A DNA stretch of 64,000 bases from Alphaproteobacteria bacterium (GTDB taxonomy: Bacteria > Pseudomonadota > Alphaproteobacteria > UBA828), in the NCBI GenBank assembly GCA_965214705.1, contig CBDCCI010000002.1:1504001-1568000 (forward strand). The letters run 5' to 3'. The notes under the pieces are model-generated. The model was given only the letters and a program-made list of their open reading frames with translations, searched no databases and had not been told where the DNA came from. Shown here piece after piece: positions 47,756 through 56,248 of the stretch. A program made the translations under genes and the position numbers. Numbering within the stretch: the stretch's first letter is position 1; every line of letters begins with the position of its first letter.

Positions 47756-49257
47756 CGGTCGCGGCCTTCCTTCGCGAATTGGGCGGCACCGGTGCCGGCG
47801 AGGTGGCCGAAGACCGCGCCCGAGACCAGGCCCGTGCCGCCGGGATAGTTGCCGTAGAAGAGCCCACCGACCAGCTCACCCGCCGCGTAGAGGCCCGGAA
47901 TCGGCGCGCCGGAGACCGCCTGCACCCGCGCGCCGGGGTCGATGGCGAGACCGCCGAAGGTGAAGGTGATGCCGCAGGTGACGGCATAGGCCTCGAAGGG
48001 CGGGGCCTCGATCCGGTTGGCCCAGTTGGTCTTGGGCGGCGCGAGGCCGCGGGTGCCACGGCCGTCCTTCACGGTGGGGTCGAAGGGCACTTCCGTCATC
48101 ACGGCATCGTTGTATGTCCGCACGGTCGCGAGGAAGCGCGCGCCGTCGATGCCCTCCATGCGCGCCGCAAGCTTTTCCAGCGTGTCGGCCTTCGCCTTGG
48201 TGACTTGCCGGATGCGGTACTCGTCGCGAAGCAGGTGAGTCACCTGCGCGTCGAAGACCTGCCACGCGACCTGACCGGGCTGCTCCAGCACGCGTCGGCC
48301 GTAGGCGGCGTAGGTGTAGTTGCGAAAGTCCGCACCCTCGTCGACGAAGCGATCGCCCGCCGCGTTGACGACGATCGAGAACGGGTAGCTGTGCTTCTGG
48401 AAGCCGTCGCCCACGGCGAGGTCGCCGAAGGCTGGTGCGTTCCGGTCCCAGGCGACCGCGTGGCAGCCCGACCAGTTGCCGGCCGGCATGGCGCCGGCTT
48501 CCAGCGCCATGCGGATGCCGTCGCCCTGGTTGAAGCGGGTGCCGCGTACCTTGGCGAGGTCCCAGCCGGGCCCGAGATAGCGCGCCCGCCACGCGGCGTT
48601 GGCCTCGAAGCCGCCGCAGGCGAGCACCACGGCAGGCGCATGGACGTCTGCCGTGCGCCCGCCGATGCGCGCGATCACACCGCGCACACCGTCGTCGTCG
48701 GTGAGCAGGGAGCGGGCTTCAGCTTCGTAGTGAACGGCAACGCCCGATTCTTGGGCGCCCTTGTAGAGCGCATCGACGAGGCCCGGCCCGCCGCCCCAGG
48801 CCTCGACCGCGAGCCCACCCCAGAAGCGGAAGCGCCCGCCCTCCCGCTTGAACGCCTGGCGACCGTAACTCGGCTGGAAGCGCACACCCCTTTCGCGCAC
48901 CCAGACGAGCGTGGCGTGGCTGCGGGTGACGAGCTGCTCCACGAGGTCGGGGTCGGCGCGGTACTGGGTAAGCCGCGCCATGTCGTCGTAGTAGTCGGCC
49001 TCGGTGTAAGCGCCGAAATCGGTTTCGGCCAGCTCGCGATCGGTGAGGTCGGGCATCAGCGCGCGGAGCGAATCGGGACCGTCGAAGACCACCCGCATGG
49101 CGCCGGCGGTATAGGTGCTGTTGCCGCCGCGCTCCTCTTCCGGCGCGGCCTCAAGCAGGCGCACACGGGCGCCGGCCTCCGCCGCAGCGAGCGCTGCCGT
49201 AAGCGCGGCGTTGCCGCCGCCCACGACCACAACATCCGCCGACAGCACCTCGGTCAT
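47752..49257 (-). CDS. tcuA: FAD-dependent tricarballylate dehydrogenase-like flavoprotein
   Basis: GGGNAAL, RGGNS, CGGFEAN, RGTRFNQG, GITFTFGGL, NYPGGTGL. Confidence 0.8.
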   Translation of the reverse strand: MTEVLSADVVVVGGGNAALTAALAAAEAGARVRLLEAAPEEERGGNSTYTAGAMRVVFDGPDSLRALMPDLTDRELAETDFGAYTEADYYDDMARLTQYRADPDLVEQLVTRSHATLVWVRERGVRFQPSYGRQAFKREGGRFRFWGGLAVEAWGGGPGLVDALYKGAQESGVAVHYEAEARSLLTDDDGVRGVIARIGGRTADVHAPAVVLACGGFEANAAWRARYLGPGWDLAKVRGTRFNQGDGIRMALEAGAMPAGNWSGCHAVAWDRNAPAFGDLAVGDGFQKHSYPFSIVVNAAGDRFVDEGADFRNYTYAAYGRRVLEQPGQVAWQVFDAQVTHLLRDEYRIRQVTKAKADTLEKLAARMEGIDGARFLATVRTYNDAVMTEVPFDPTVKDGRGTRGLAPPKTNWANRIEAPPFEAYAVTCGITFTFGGLAIDPGARVQAVSGAPIPGLYAAGELVGGLFYGNYPGGTGLVSGAVFGHLAGTGAAQFAKEGRDR

Positions 49258-49511
49258 CTCGCTCCTGCGGTCATGCTTGCTTGAACGAAGCCGCTACGCG
49301 GAGTTAGCGGCGTAGAGTTCATTCATTTCCGAGGCGTCGCGGGTGCCGTTTGTTCTGTGCGTTCGCTTCCCGGTTGCGTCAGTGGCGCTCCGCCCGTCGG
49401 GTGGCGGATCCCCAGCAGCCTCCCGATCACCAGTGGTTAGTATCGACCCCTGCGACGGACCGTCGCCGGATCGGTCCGGCGGCGCGCCGTCGCGATCCAG
49501 GGAGATCGATA

Positions 49512-50390
49512 ATGACCGGGACCGCGTGCGACACGAACACCGTCACCCCTCTTCGCCAGCGCATGGAGGAGCAGCTCCGCATCGCCAATCTGGCCGCGAG
49601 CACGTCCAAGGCCTACATCTGCGAGATCAAGAACCTGGCCAGGTACTACGACGCCTCGCCGGACGAGCTCGACGCCGAGCAGGTGCGCCAGTGGTACCTG
49701 GGGCGGATCGACAAGGGGCTCAGTCCGGGCACGACCAACGTCTCCTTCGCCGCGCTGAACTTCCTCTACATCGACACACTCGGCTGGCCTGACCATGTCG
49801 CCGGCCTGCGCTCCCGCAAGAAGCCCGGCAAGCTGCCGCGCTACATGTCGGAGCAGGAGGTCGAGCACCTCATCCTTGCGACACCCGACCTCCGCCACCG
49901 TGCTGCCATTGTCACCGGCTATGGCGGCGGGCTCCGCATCTCCGAGACCTTGGCCATCAAGGTCGGCGACATCCTGTCGGAGAAGAAGCTGCTGCACATC
50001 CCCTCCGGCAAAGGCGGCACCGAGAGAATGGCACCGTTGCCGGACATCGTCATCCACTACTTGCGCGTCTACTACAGGAACATCTGGCCGCGTCCGACGA
50101 GCTGGCTCTTCTACGGCGTCTCGCTCGACAGGCCCATCGCAACGGAGACCTTGCAGGCCGCCTTCAGGAGGGCGCGCGACATTGCCGAGCTCGACCGCAG
50201 CTACACCTTCCATTGCCTGCGCCATTCGGCGGCGACCCATCTCCTCGAGCGCGGCGGCGATATCGAGGTGATCCGGGACATGCTCGGCCATCGAAGCGCG
50301 AACACGACCCGTCACTACGCCCGCGTCACCGGCAAGATGTTCGAGGGCCTCGACCACCCGATCTCAGGCTTCGCAGCGTTGCGCAACTGA
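49512..50390 (+). CDS. Tyrosine recombinase (integron-integrase-like N-terminal SAM domain)
   Basis: GLRISE, KGG.ER, HCLRHS, LGH, TRHY all intact; RBS GGGAG. Confidence 0.93.
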   Translation: MTGTACDTNTVTPLRQRMEEQLRIANLAASTSKAYICEIKNLARYYDASPDELDAEQVRQWYLGRIDKGLSPGTTNVSFAALNFLYIDTLGWPDHVAGLRSRKKPGKLPRYMSEQEVEHLILATPDLRHRAAIVTGYGGGLRISETLAIKVGDILSEKKLLHIPSGKGGTERMAPLPDIVIHYLRVYYRNIWPRPTSWLFYGVSLDRPIATETLQAAFRRARDIAELDRSYTFHCLRHSAATHLLERGGDIEVIRDMLGHRSANTTRHYARVTGKMFEGLDHPISGFAALRN

Positions 50391-50396
50391 CGGCGC

Positions 50397-51638
50397 GTGG
50401 AGGCCGAACGCGCGGGCGTGGCGGAGATCTTCCGCCGCGCCGGCGCCGCTTTCCGTGAGCGCCACAAAGGGCGCATCGACGCCGCCCGGCTCAAGGTCAT
50501 GGGCGCCATCGAGGCGTGCCGCACCGCCGTGCTCGGCGGCCACATGTACGCCTGCGAGGGCTGCGGGCGCGAGCATCCGCTCTTCAACTCCTGCCGCAAC
50601 CGCCACTGCCCCACCTGCCAGGGTCTCGCCGCCAACCTCTGGAGCGAGGAGCGCGCCGGGGACATCCTGCCGGTGCCCTACTTCCATGTGGTCTTCACCC
50701 TGCCCAAGGAGGTTGCCGCCATTGCCTTCTGCAACCGCAGGGTGGTGTTCGACATCCTCTTCCGGGCCGTCGCCGAGACCCTGCGCACCATCGCCGCCGA
50801 TCCCCGCCACGGCGGCATGCGCATCGGCGGCACCGCGGTCCTCCATACCTGGGATCAGAAGCTCCGCTTCCACCCGCACCTGCACGTGGTCGTGCCCAAC
50901 GCGGGCTTCGACGTAGACAGTGGCGAGTGGAAGACGGGGAGCACCACCTTCCTCGCCCCCGTCAAGGTCCTCGGCAGCCTGTTCCGCCGCCTCTTCCTCG
51001 AGGAGCTCGCCCGCGCCCACGGCCGGGGGGACCTGGAGTTCCACGGCACCCTCGCCCACCTCGCCAATCCCGGCGAGTTCCACGCCACGCTTGCCGCCGC
51101 CCGGGCCAGGGACTGGGTGGTCTACGCCAAGCGGCCCTTCCGCGGGCCTGAGCAGGTCTTCCGGTACCTCTCGCACTACACGCACAGGATCGCCATCTCC
51201 GACAGCCGCATCGTCTCCTTCGACGGCGAGACGGTCTCCTTCCGCCACCGAAAGCCCAAGGCGCCGGGGCAGAGAAAGCCGCGCTACGGCATCGCCACCG
51301 TGAGCGCCGACGAGTTCATCCGCCGCTTCCTGAGGCACGTCCTGCCGGACGGCATGCACCGCATTCGCTACTTCGGCATCCTCGCCAACGGCTGCCGCGC
51401 CAGCACGCTGGAGAGAGCACGCCAGGCTCTCGGCGCCCTCGGCTGCGCCGCCCCCGAGGGAAGCGTGGACGGCGCTCGGGCCGAGCCCGACGAAGAGCCC
51501 GAGATCGGCACCGCGCCCGTGGCCTGCCCCCACTGCGGCGGCGTCATGCGCCTCGTCCGCGAAATCCGCCGCCGCCATGAGCCCCGCTCGACGCGCGGCC
51601 CGCCGGCGCTGCCGCCGACCCACAGGGGGAAACCGTGA
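50397..51638 (+). CDS. IS91-family rolling-circle Y2 HUH transposase with zinc-binding domains
   Basis: C..CEGC..SCRNRHCPTC, HVVFTLP, HTW..HPHLH, YLSHY (YxxxY), RYFG, C-terminal CPHC. Confidence 0.93.
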   Translation: MEAERAGVAEIFRRAGAAFRERHKGRIDAARLKVMGAIEACRTAVLGGHMYACEGCGREHPLFNSCRNRHCPTCQGLAANLWSEERAGDILPVPYFHVVFTLPKEVAAIAFCNRRVVFDILFRAVAETLRTIAADPRHGGMRIGGTAVLHTWDQKLRFHPHLHVVVPNAGFDVDSGEWKTGSTTFLAPVKVLGSLFRRLFLEELARAHGRGDLEFHGTLAHLANPGEFHATLAAARARDWVVYAKRPFRGPEQVFRYLSHYTHRIAISDSRIVSFDGETVSFRHRKPKAPGQRKPRYGIATVSADEFIRRFLRHVLPDGMHRIRYFGILANGCRASTLERARQALGALGCAAPEGSVDGARAEPDEEPEIGTAPVACPHCGGVMRLVREIRRRHEPRSTRGPPALPPTHRGKP

Positions 51639-51900
51639 GACGCCCGCTCGCTTCGGCCCCGCGCAACGGCGCCAAAGCGCCGACGCACGACCGAACCTGT
51701 CTCCGCTTGAGCCGGGCTGACAGCCCTCGGCTCACACCCCGCTCAGTCCTCGCAGCGTGCGCCCGCATGCCTGCCGAAAGACCGGCGCGAGCGTCGATTT
51801 TATGCGCAACTCTGCTGCCGGTGGATGCCGCCTGACGCTGACATCAGCGCACTTTCCACATAGCTCAACTTCGCCTCTCGTGGCCCGCGGCTTCGTTCAA

Positions 51901-51942
51901 AAGGGTTGGGCAGGCTCTCGAGAGAGAGCCTGCCCAACCCTT
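51901..51942. other. Perfect 19-bp hairpin with GAGA loop at the element 3' end
   Basis: AAGGGTTGGGCAGGCTCTC-GAGA-GAGAGCCTGCCCAACCCTT. Confidence 0.9.
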
Positions 51943-51945
51943 AAC

Positions 51946-54037
51946 CCGAACTTCCGTTAGCATCTGATTGCCGATCTGGCCGGATTTTGCCTGTTTCCGC
52001 CCTTTCTGCGCAGTTTAGCGCCCGGTTTGGCGCGAAATTCCCGAAATGATCGCCGAAACCGCCGCGATTCGGCGCTCCAGCGCTGGATCACGCCGTCCCG
52101 GCGCATCCACCAAAACCTGAATACTAGTCAGTAGATAGTTTTCTCGTTACGATAATTGCTCCGCATTCCCAAGCCTTTCCGATATGATTGCCGCGATTCG
52201 CTAGGCAGATCGATATGCACATCGAAACCACCCGGTCCGGAAACTCCCGCTGCCACCTCCTCAGACAGTCCTACTGGCAGGACGGAAAACCCAAGAAGCG
52301 CACCCTGTGCAACCTCTCCGCCCTCCCGGAACACGCCATCGAAGCCCTCAAACGCGCCCTCAAGCGCGGACCCGCCCTCAATCCCGACAGCGCCGACGTC
52401 GAACTGCGCGCCAGCCGGGCGCACGGCGCCGTCAGCGCCGTTCTCGGCACCCTTCGCGACATCGGCCTCGACCGCGTCATCTTCCACCGGCCCGATCGCC
52501 GCAGGGCCCTCGTCATCGCCATGATCGTCGCCCGCCTGATCCGGCCCGGCGCCAAGCTGCGCGTCGAGCGCGAACTGGGAGCGGCCGGCACAACCACCCT
52601 CGCCGCCCTGCTCGGCGTCGAAGGCGTCAGCGTCGACGAACTCTACGCCGCCATGGACTGGCTGGGCGCGCGACAGGGCGCGATCGAGCGCAAGCTCGCC
52701 CGGCGCCATCTCGGAGAGGACGATCTCGTCCTCTACGACGTGTCCTCGAGCTACATGGAGGGCAACGCCTGCCCCATGGCGAAGCGCGGCTATTCGAGGG
52801 ATCGCCGGGGCGACCGCCCGCAGATCGTCTACGGCCTCCTCTGCACCCGCGATGGCTGTCCGGTCTCGATCGAGGCCTTCGCCGGCAACACCGGCGACCC
52901 GATGACTCTGGCCAGCCAGGTGCGCAAGGTCCGCGACAGCTTCGGCATCCGGCGGGTGGTGTTGGTGGGGGACCGCGGCATGATCGCGCAGACCCGCATC
53001 GACCGCGACCTCGCGCCCAACGGCATCGACTGGATCACGGCGCTGCGCGCATCCTCGATCCGCAAGCTCGTCGACCGGGGGCATGTCACGCCCGGCCTGT
53101 TCGACACCTGGGGCCTCGCGCGGGTGACCACGCCGGACTATCCCGGCGAGAGGCTGATCGTCTGCTACAACCCGGTTCTGGCGGCCGAGCGCAAGCGCAA
53201 CCGCGACGGGCTGCTCAATGCGACCGAGACGGACGCGCGCGATTTCGCCGCGCGCCACGCCGCCGGCGACATCGACCGCGACGAGTTGAACCGTCGGCTG
53301 GGAACCTTGCGCCGCCGCAAGATGGCCAAGCACTTCCGCTTCGAATTCGACGAGGGCAGCGGCACCTTCAGTTGCGAACGCGACCGGGCGTCGATCGACG
53401 CCGAGGCCGCCCTCGACGGTCTCTACGTCATACGCACCAACGTGGACGAGGACGAGATCGAGGACGTCGAGGCGGTCCGCGTCTACAAGAGCCTGTCACG
53501 CGTCGAGCGCGCCTTCCGCTCGCTCAAGACGGTGTCGTTGCGGATCCGCCCGATCTTCCACTGGCGCGACGACCGAGTACGGGCGCATCTTCTGATCTGC
53601 ATGCTGGCTTGGTATGTCGAGTGGCACATGCGCCGCAGGCTGGCGCCGCTGCTGTTCGCCGAGGAGGACGGAGCGCCGCTGTCCGCGAACCCGGTGGCGC
53701 CGCCGGAACGCTCGGAAAAGGCCCGGCGCAAGGACAAGCGCCGAAAGACGGATGATGGACTTGCGGTGTGCGACTTCCGCGATCTCCTCGGCCATCTCGG
53801 CACGCTTGCTGCCACTGAGATCGCCACCGGAACCGACTTCGCCGTGCCCGCCCTGACCAAGCCGACCGAACTGCAGGAAAGGGCGTTCGCATTGCTCGGG
53901 CTGCGGCCCCATCCTGCGCCCGCGCTCACCGAAAAGGGGATGACCACCGCCAAACCTGTCCAGTAATCGTCGCTTCGAAACTCGCCGAAACCCCTGCCGC
54001 ACAACGGTTCTTTGACTATCCCACACTGGAAGTTCGG
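51946..54037 (+). mobile_element. IS1634-family insertion sequence, complete
   Basis: 10-bp IRs CCGAACTTCC/GGAAGTTCGG; 6-bp TSD CTTAAC at 51940-45 and 54038-43. Confidence 0.92.
52215..53966 (+). CDS. IS1634 family DDE transposase
   Basis: LLRQSY..GK.K.RTL.NL, YDVSSSY, GYSRD, GDRGM, DGLYVIRT, VERAFR, RVRAH. Confidence 0.93.
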   Translation: MHIETTRSGNSRCHLLRQSYWQDGKPKKRTLCNLSALPEHAIEALKRALKRGPALNPDSADVELRASRAHGAVSAVLGTLRDIGLDRVIFHRPDRRRALVIAMIVARLIRPGAKLRVERELGAAGTTTLAALLGVEGVSVDELYAAMDWLGARQGAIERKLARRHLGEDDLVLYDVSSSYMEGNACPMAKRGYSRDRRGDRPQIVYGLLCTRDGCPVSIEAFAGNTGDPMTLASQVRKVRDSFGIRRVVLVGDRGMIAQTRIDRDLAPNGIDWITALRASSIRKLVDRGHVTPGLFDTWGLARVTTPDYPGERLIVCYNPVLAAERKRNRDGLLNATETDARDFAARHAAGDIDRDELNRRLGTLRRRKMAKHFRFEFDEGSGTFSCERDRASIDAEAALDGLYVIRTNVDEDEIEDVEAVRVYKSLSRVERAFRSLKTVSLRIRPIFHWRDDRVRAHLLICMLAWYVEWHMRRRLAPLLFAEEDGAPLSANPVAPPERSEKARRKDKRRKTDDGLAVCDFRDLLGHLGTLAATEIATGTDFAVPALTKPTELQERAFALLGLRPHPAPALTEKGMTTAKPVQ

Positions 54038-54130
54038 CTTAACCTTTGCCGTGTCTGTCGTCTGGTGCGGCGTGAGCCCTTCTCGTCGCGGCAGTGTACG
54101 ATACCGGCGGCCAATCGCAGGAGGAGACGA

Positions 54131-56182
54131 ATGAGCGCAGCCGCAGCCGAGGGAAATCAGTCCGCGTCCGAGCTTCGCCTGGTGTGGGAGCCGCTGGAGA
54201 TCGGCTCCACGCGGGTGAAGAACCGGATCATGATGACCGCCCAGACCACGCTCTACGGCAAGGACAACATCCTCAGCGACCGGCACATCGAGTTCTTCCG
54301 GGAGCGAGCGAAGGGTGGCGCGGCGCTCTTCATCACCGAGCAGCAGGCCGGCCACCGGATCGCCAAGGGGTCGTTCGTGAATGGCTGCACCGCCTGGGAG
54401 AAACGTGCCATCCCCCAATACGCCAAGCTCGCCGAGGCGGTGCACGAGCATGGCGCGCGGCAATTCATCCAGCTCTTCGGCTGCGGCGTGCACGACAAGG
54501 GCACGACGATCATGGACGAGTGGCACCCGCTCTGGGGCGTCTCGAAGCTGCCCTCGATCGTGCACCACGAAATTCCCATGGTCATGGAGCAGGAGCACAT
54601 CGACGACATCGTCAGGGAGTTCGGCGAGGCGGCGCTCAACGTCAAGGTTGCGGGCTGCGACGGGGTGGAGCTACACGCCGCGCACAGCTACCTGCTCGGC
54701 CAGTTCCTGAGCCCGGTCTACAACGACCGAACGGACCGCTACGGCGGCTCGGTACGCAAGCGCTGCCAGATCCTGCTCGAAATCGGCGAGTCGGTCCGCG
54801 CACAGGTCGGCGACGGCTTCACGGTCGGCGTCCGGCTCTCCTTCGACGAGTTCCTGGGCGAGGCCGGGATCACGCCAGACCAAGCCGAGGAGCAGCTGGA
54901 AATTTTGTCGACTAGCGGGCTCTTCGACTTCTTCAACATCTCCGGCGGCGGCTACTACACGCTGCACCATGCCGTCGCGCCGATGGATGTGAAGAACGGC
55001 TTCATGCTCCCCTTCGCGAAGCGTGCCAAGGCGGTGGTAGGCAACCGAGCCAAGGTCTTTACCGTCGGCCGGATCATCGACCTGCATCAGGCGGAGCAGG
55101 CGATCGCCGAGGGCACCACCGACATGGTCGCGATGACCCGCGCGCAGATGGCAGAGCCGCACCTGGTGAAGAAGACCCGCGAGGGCCGCCAGAAGGAGAT
55201 TCGGCGCTGCATGGGTGCTAACGAGTGCGTCGCCCGCCTCTTCGACAACCGACCGGTGACCTGTGCGGTCAATCCGTCGGTCGGCCGCGAGGCGCGGTGG
55301 GGGAGCGACACGCTGCAGCCGGTGGCACCGGAGGAGGCGAAACACATTCTCGTCGTGGGTGGCGGCATCGCCGGGATGAAGACGGCGGCTGTCGCGGCGA
55401 GCCGCGGCCATCGGGTGACACTGCTGGAGCGCGAGGAGCGCCTGGGCGGCCACCTGAACCTGCTGCTCAGCTTGCCGACGCGCAAGGAGTGGGACATCGC
55501 CATCGACAACCTGGTCCGCGCGATGGAGGTGGCTGGTGTGGAGGTGAGGCTCGGCGCGGAGGCGACTCCCGAGGTGATCGAGCGCGCGCAGCCCGACGCC
55601 GTGGTCGTCGCCACCGGCGCGCGCTGGGACTGTGACGGCCGCAGCGAGTTTCGGCCGGGTCAAGCGCGCCTCGCGGGGACGGAGCAGGAGAGCGTCATCG
55701 ACGTCGGCACGGCGACCGAACGCGCGCTGGCAGACGCAAGCGCCCTCGGGCAGAGGGTCGTGATTCTGGAGGAAACCGGCTTCTACCTGCCGCTCGGGCT
55801 CGCCGAGATCCTAGCGACGGATGGCGCCCATGTGGAGATCGTGACACCGCGCGCCATGGTGGGCGAGGACGTCATGCGCACCCTCGATCTCCCGTTCGTG
55901 ATGCCGCGCCTGGAAGAAGCCGGCGTGGTTTGCAGCGCTCACACCAACGTCGACAAGATCGAGGGCGATGCGGTGCACGTCCGCTCGGTCTGGGGCGGGC
56001 AACCGCGCGTGATCGAGGGGGTGGATACCGTCGTCGTCTCGATGCTGCGCTCGCCCAATGATGCACTCTATCGAGCGCTCGAGGGTCGCGTCGCCTCGAT
56101 GCACCGGGTCGGCGACGTGGTCGCGCCGCGCCGTCCGGTCCAACTCATGTACGAGGGCGAAGAGCTCGGCCGCGCGCTGTAG
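54131..56182 (+). CDS. NADH:flavin oxidoreductase (OYE TIM barrel + Fe-S + FAD domain; TMADH/StcD/FadH-like)
   Basis: ERAKGG, ELHAAHSYLLGQFLSP..N.RTD.YGG, CMGANEC..CAVNP, VGGGIAG. Confidence 0.88.
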   Translation: MSAAAAEGNQSASELRLVWEPLEIGSTRVKNRIMMTAQTTLYGKDNILSDRHIEFFRERAKGGAALFITEQQAGHRIAKGSFVNGCTAWEKRAIPQYAKLAEAVHEHGARQFIQLFGCGVHDKGTTIMDEWHPLWGVSKLPSIVHHEIPMVMEQEHIDDIVREFGEAALNVKVAGCDGVELHAAHSYLLGQFLSPVYNDRTDRYGGSVRKRCQILLEIGESVRAQVGDGFTVGVRLSFDEFLGEAGITPDQAEEQLEILSTSGLFDFFNISGGGYYTLHHAVAPMDVKNGFMLPFAKRAKAVVGNRAKVFTVGRIIDLHQAEQAIAEGTTDMVAMTRAQMAEPHLVKKTREGRQKEIRRCMGANECVARLFDNRPVTCAVNPSVGREARWGSDTLQPVAPEEAKHILVVGGGIAGMKTAAVAASRGHRVTLLEREERLGGHLNLLLSLPTRKEWDIAIDNLVRAMEVAGVEVRLGAEATPEVIERAQPDAVVVATGARWDCDGRSEFRPGQARLAGTEQESVIDVGTATERALADASALGQRVVILEETGFYLPLGLAEILATDGAHVEIVTPRAMVGEDVMRTLDLPFVMPRLEEAGVVCSAHTNVDKIEGDAVHVRSVWGGQPRVIEGVDTVVVSMLRSPNDALYRALEGRVASMHRVGDVVAPRRPVQLMYEGEELGRAL

Positions 56183-56248
56183 GTCAGTTGTCGCTCACGG
56201 CGGCCAGCATTTCTCCGGTTTCGCGCGCCTGTCGGCGCGACCGCCGCG

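Larger units (their letters stand above)
49281..51945 (+). mobile_element. Tyrosine recombinase + Y2-HUH (IS91-like) element; last bases probably displaced to about 54049 by IS1634
   Basis: 14-bp perfect IR TTGAACGAAGCCGC (49281-94) / GCGGCTTCGTTCAA (51887-900); 3' 19-bp hairpin; two co-oriented genes. Confidence 0.8.

Noticed and set aside
49290-49311. GTTAGCG with hairpin as an integron attC/attI site
   Set aside because: Does not fit GTTRRRY, no cassette array, and the recombinase lacks an evident IntI-specific insertion; better explained as the element end
51901-51945. 19-bp hairpin as a simple intrinsic terminator
   Set aside because: No proper U tract on the plus strand, and it abuts the 14-bp IR; a minus-strand terminator role (TTTT follows) remains possible but looks secondary
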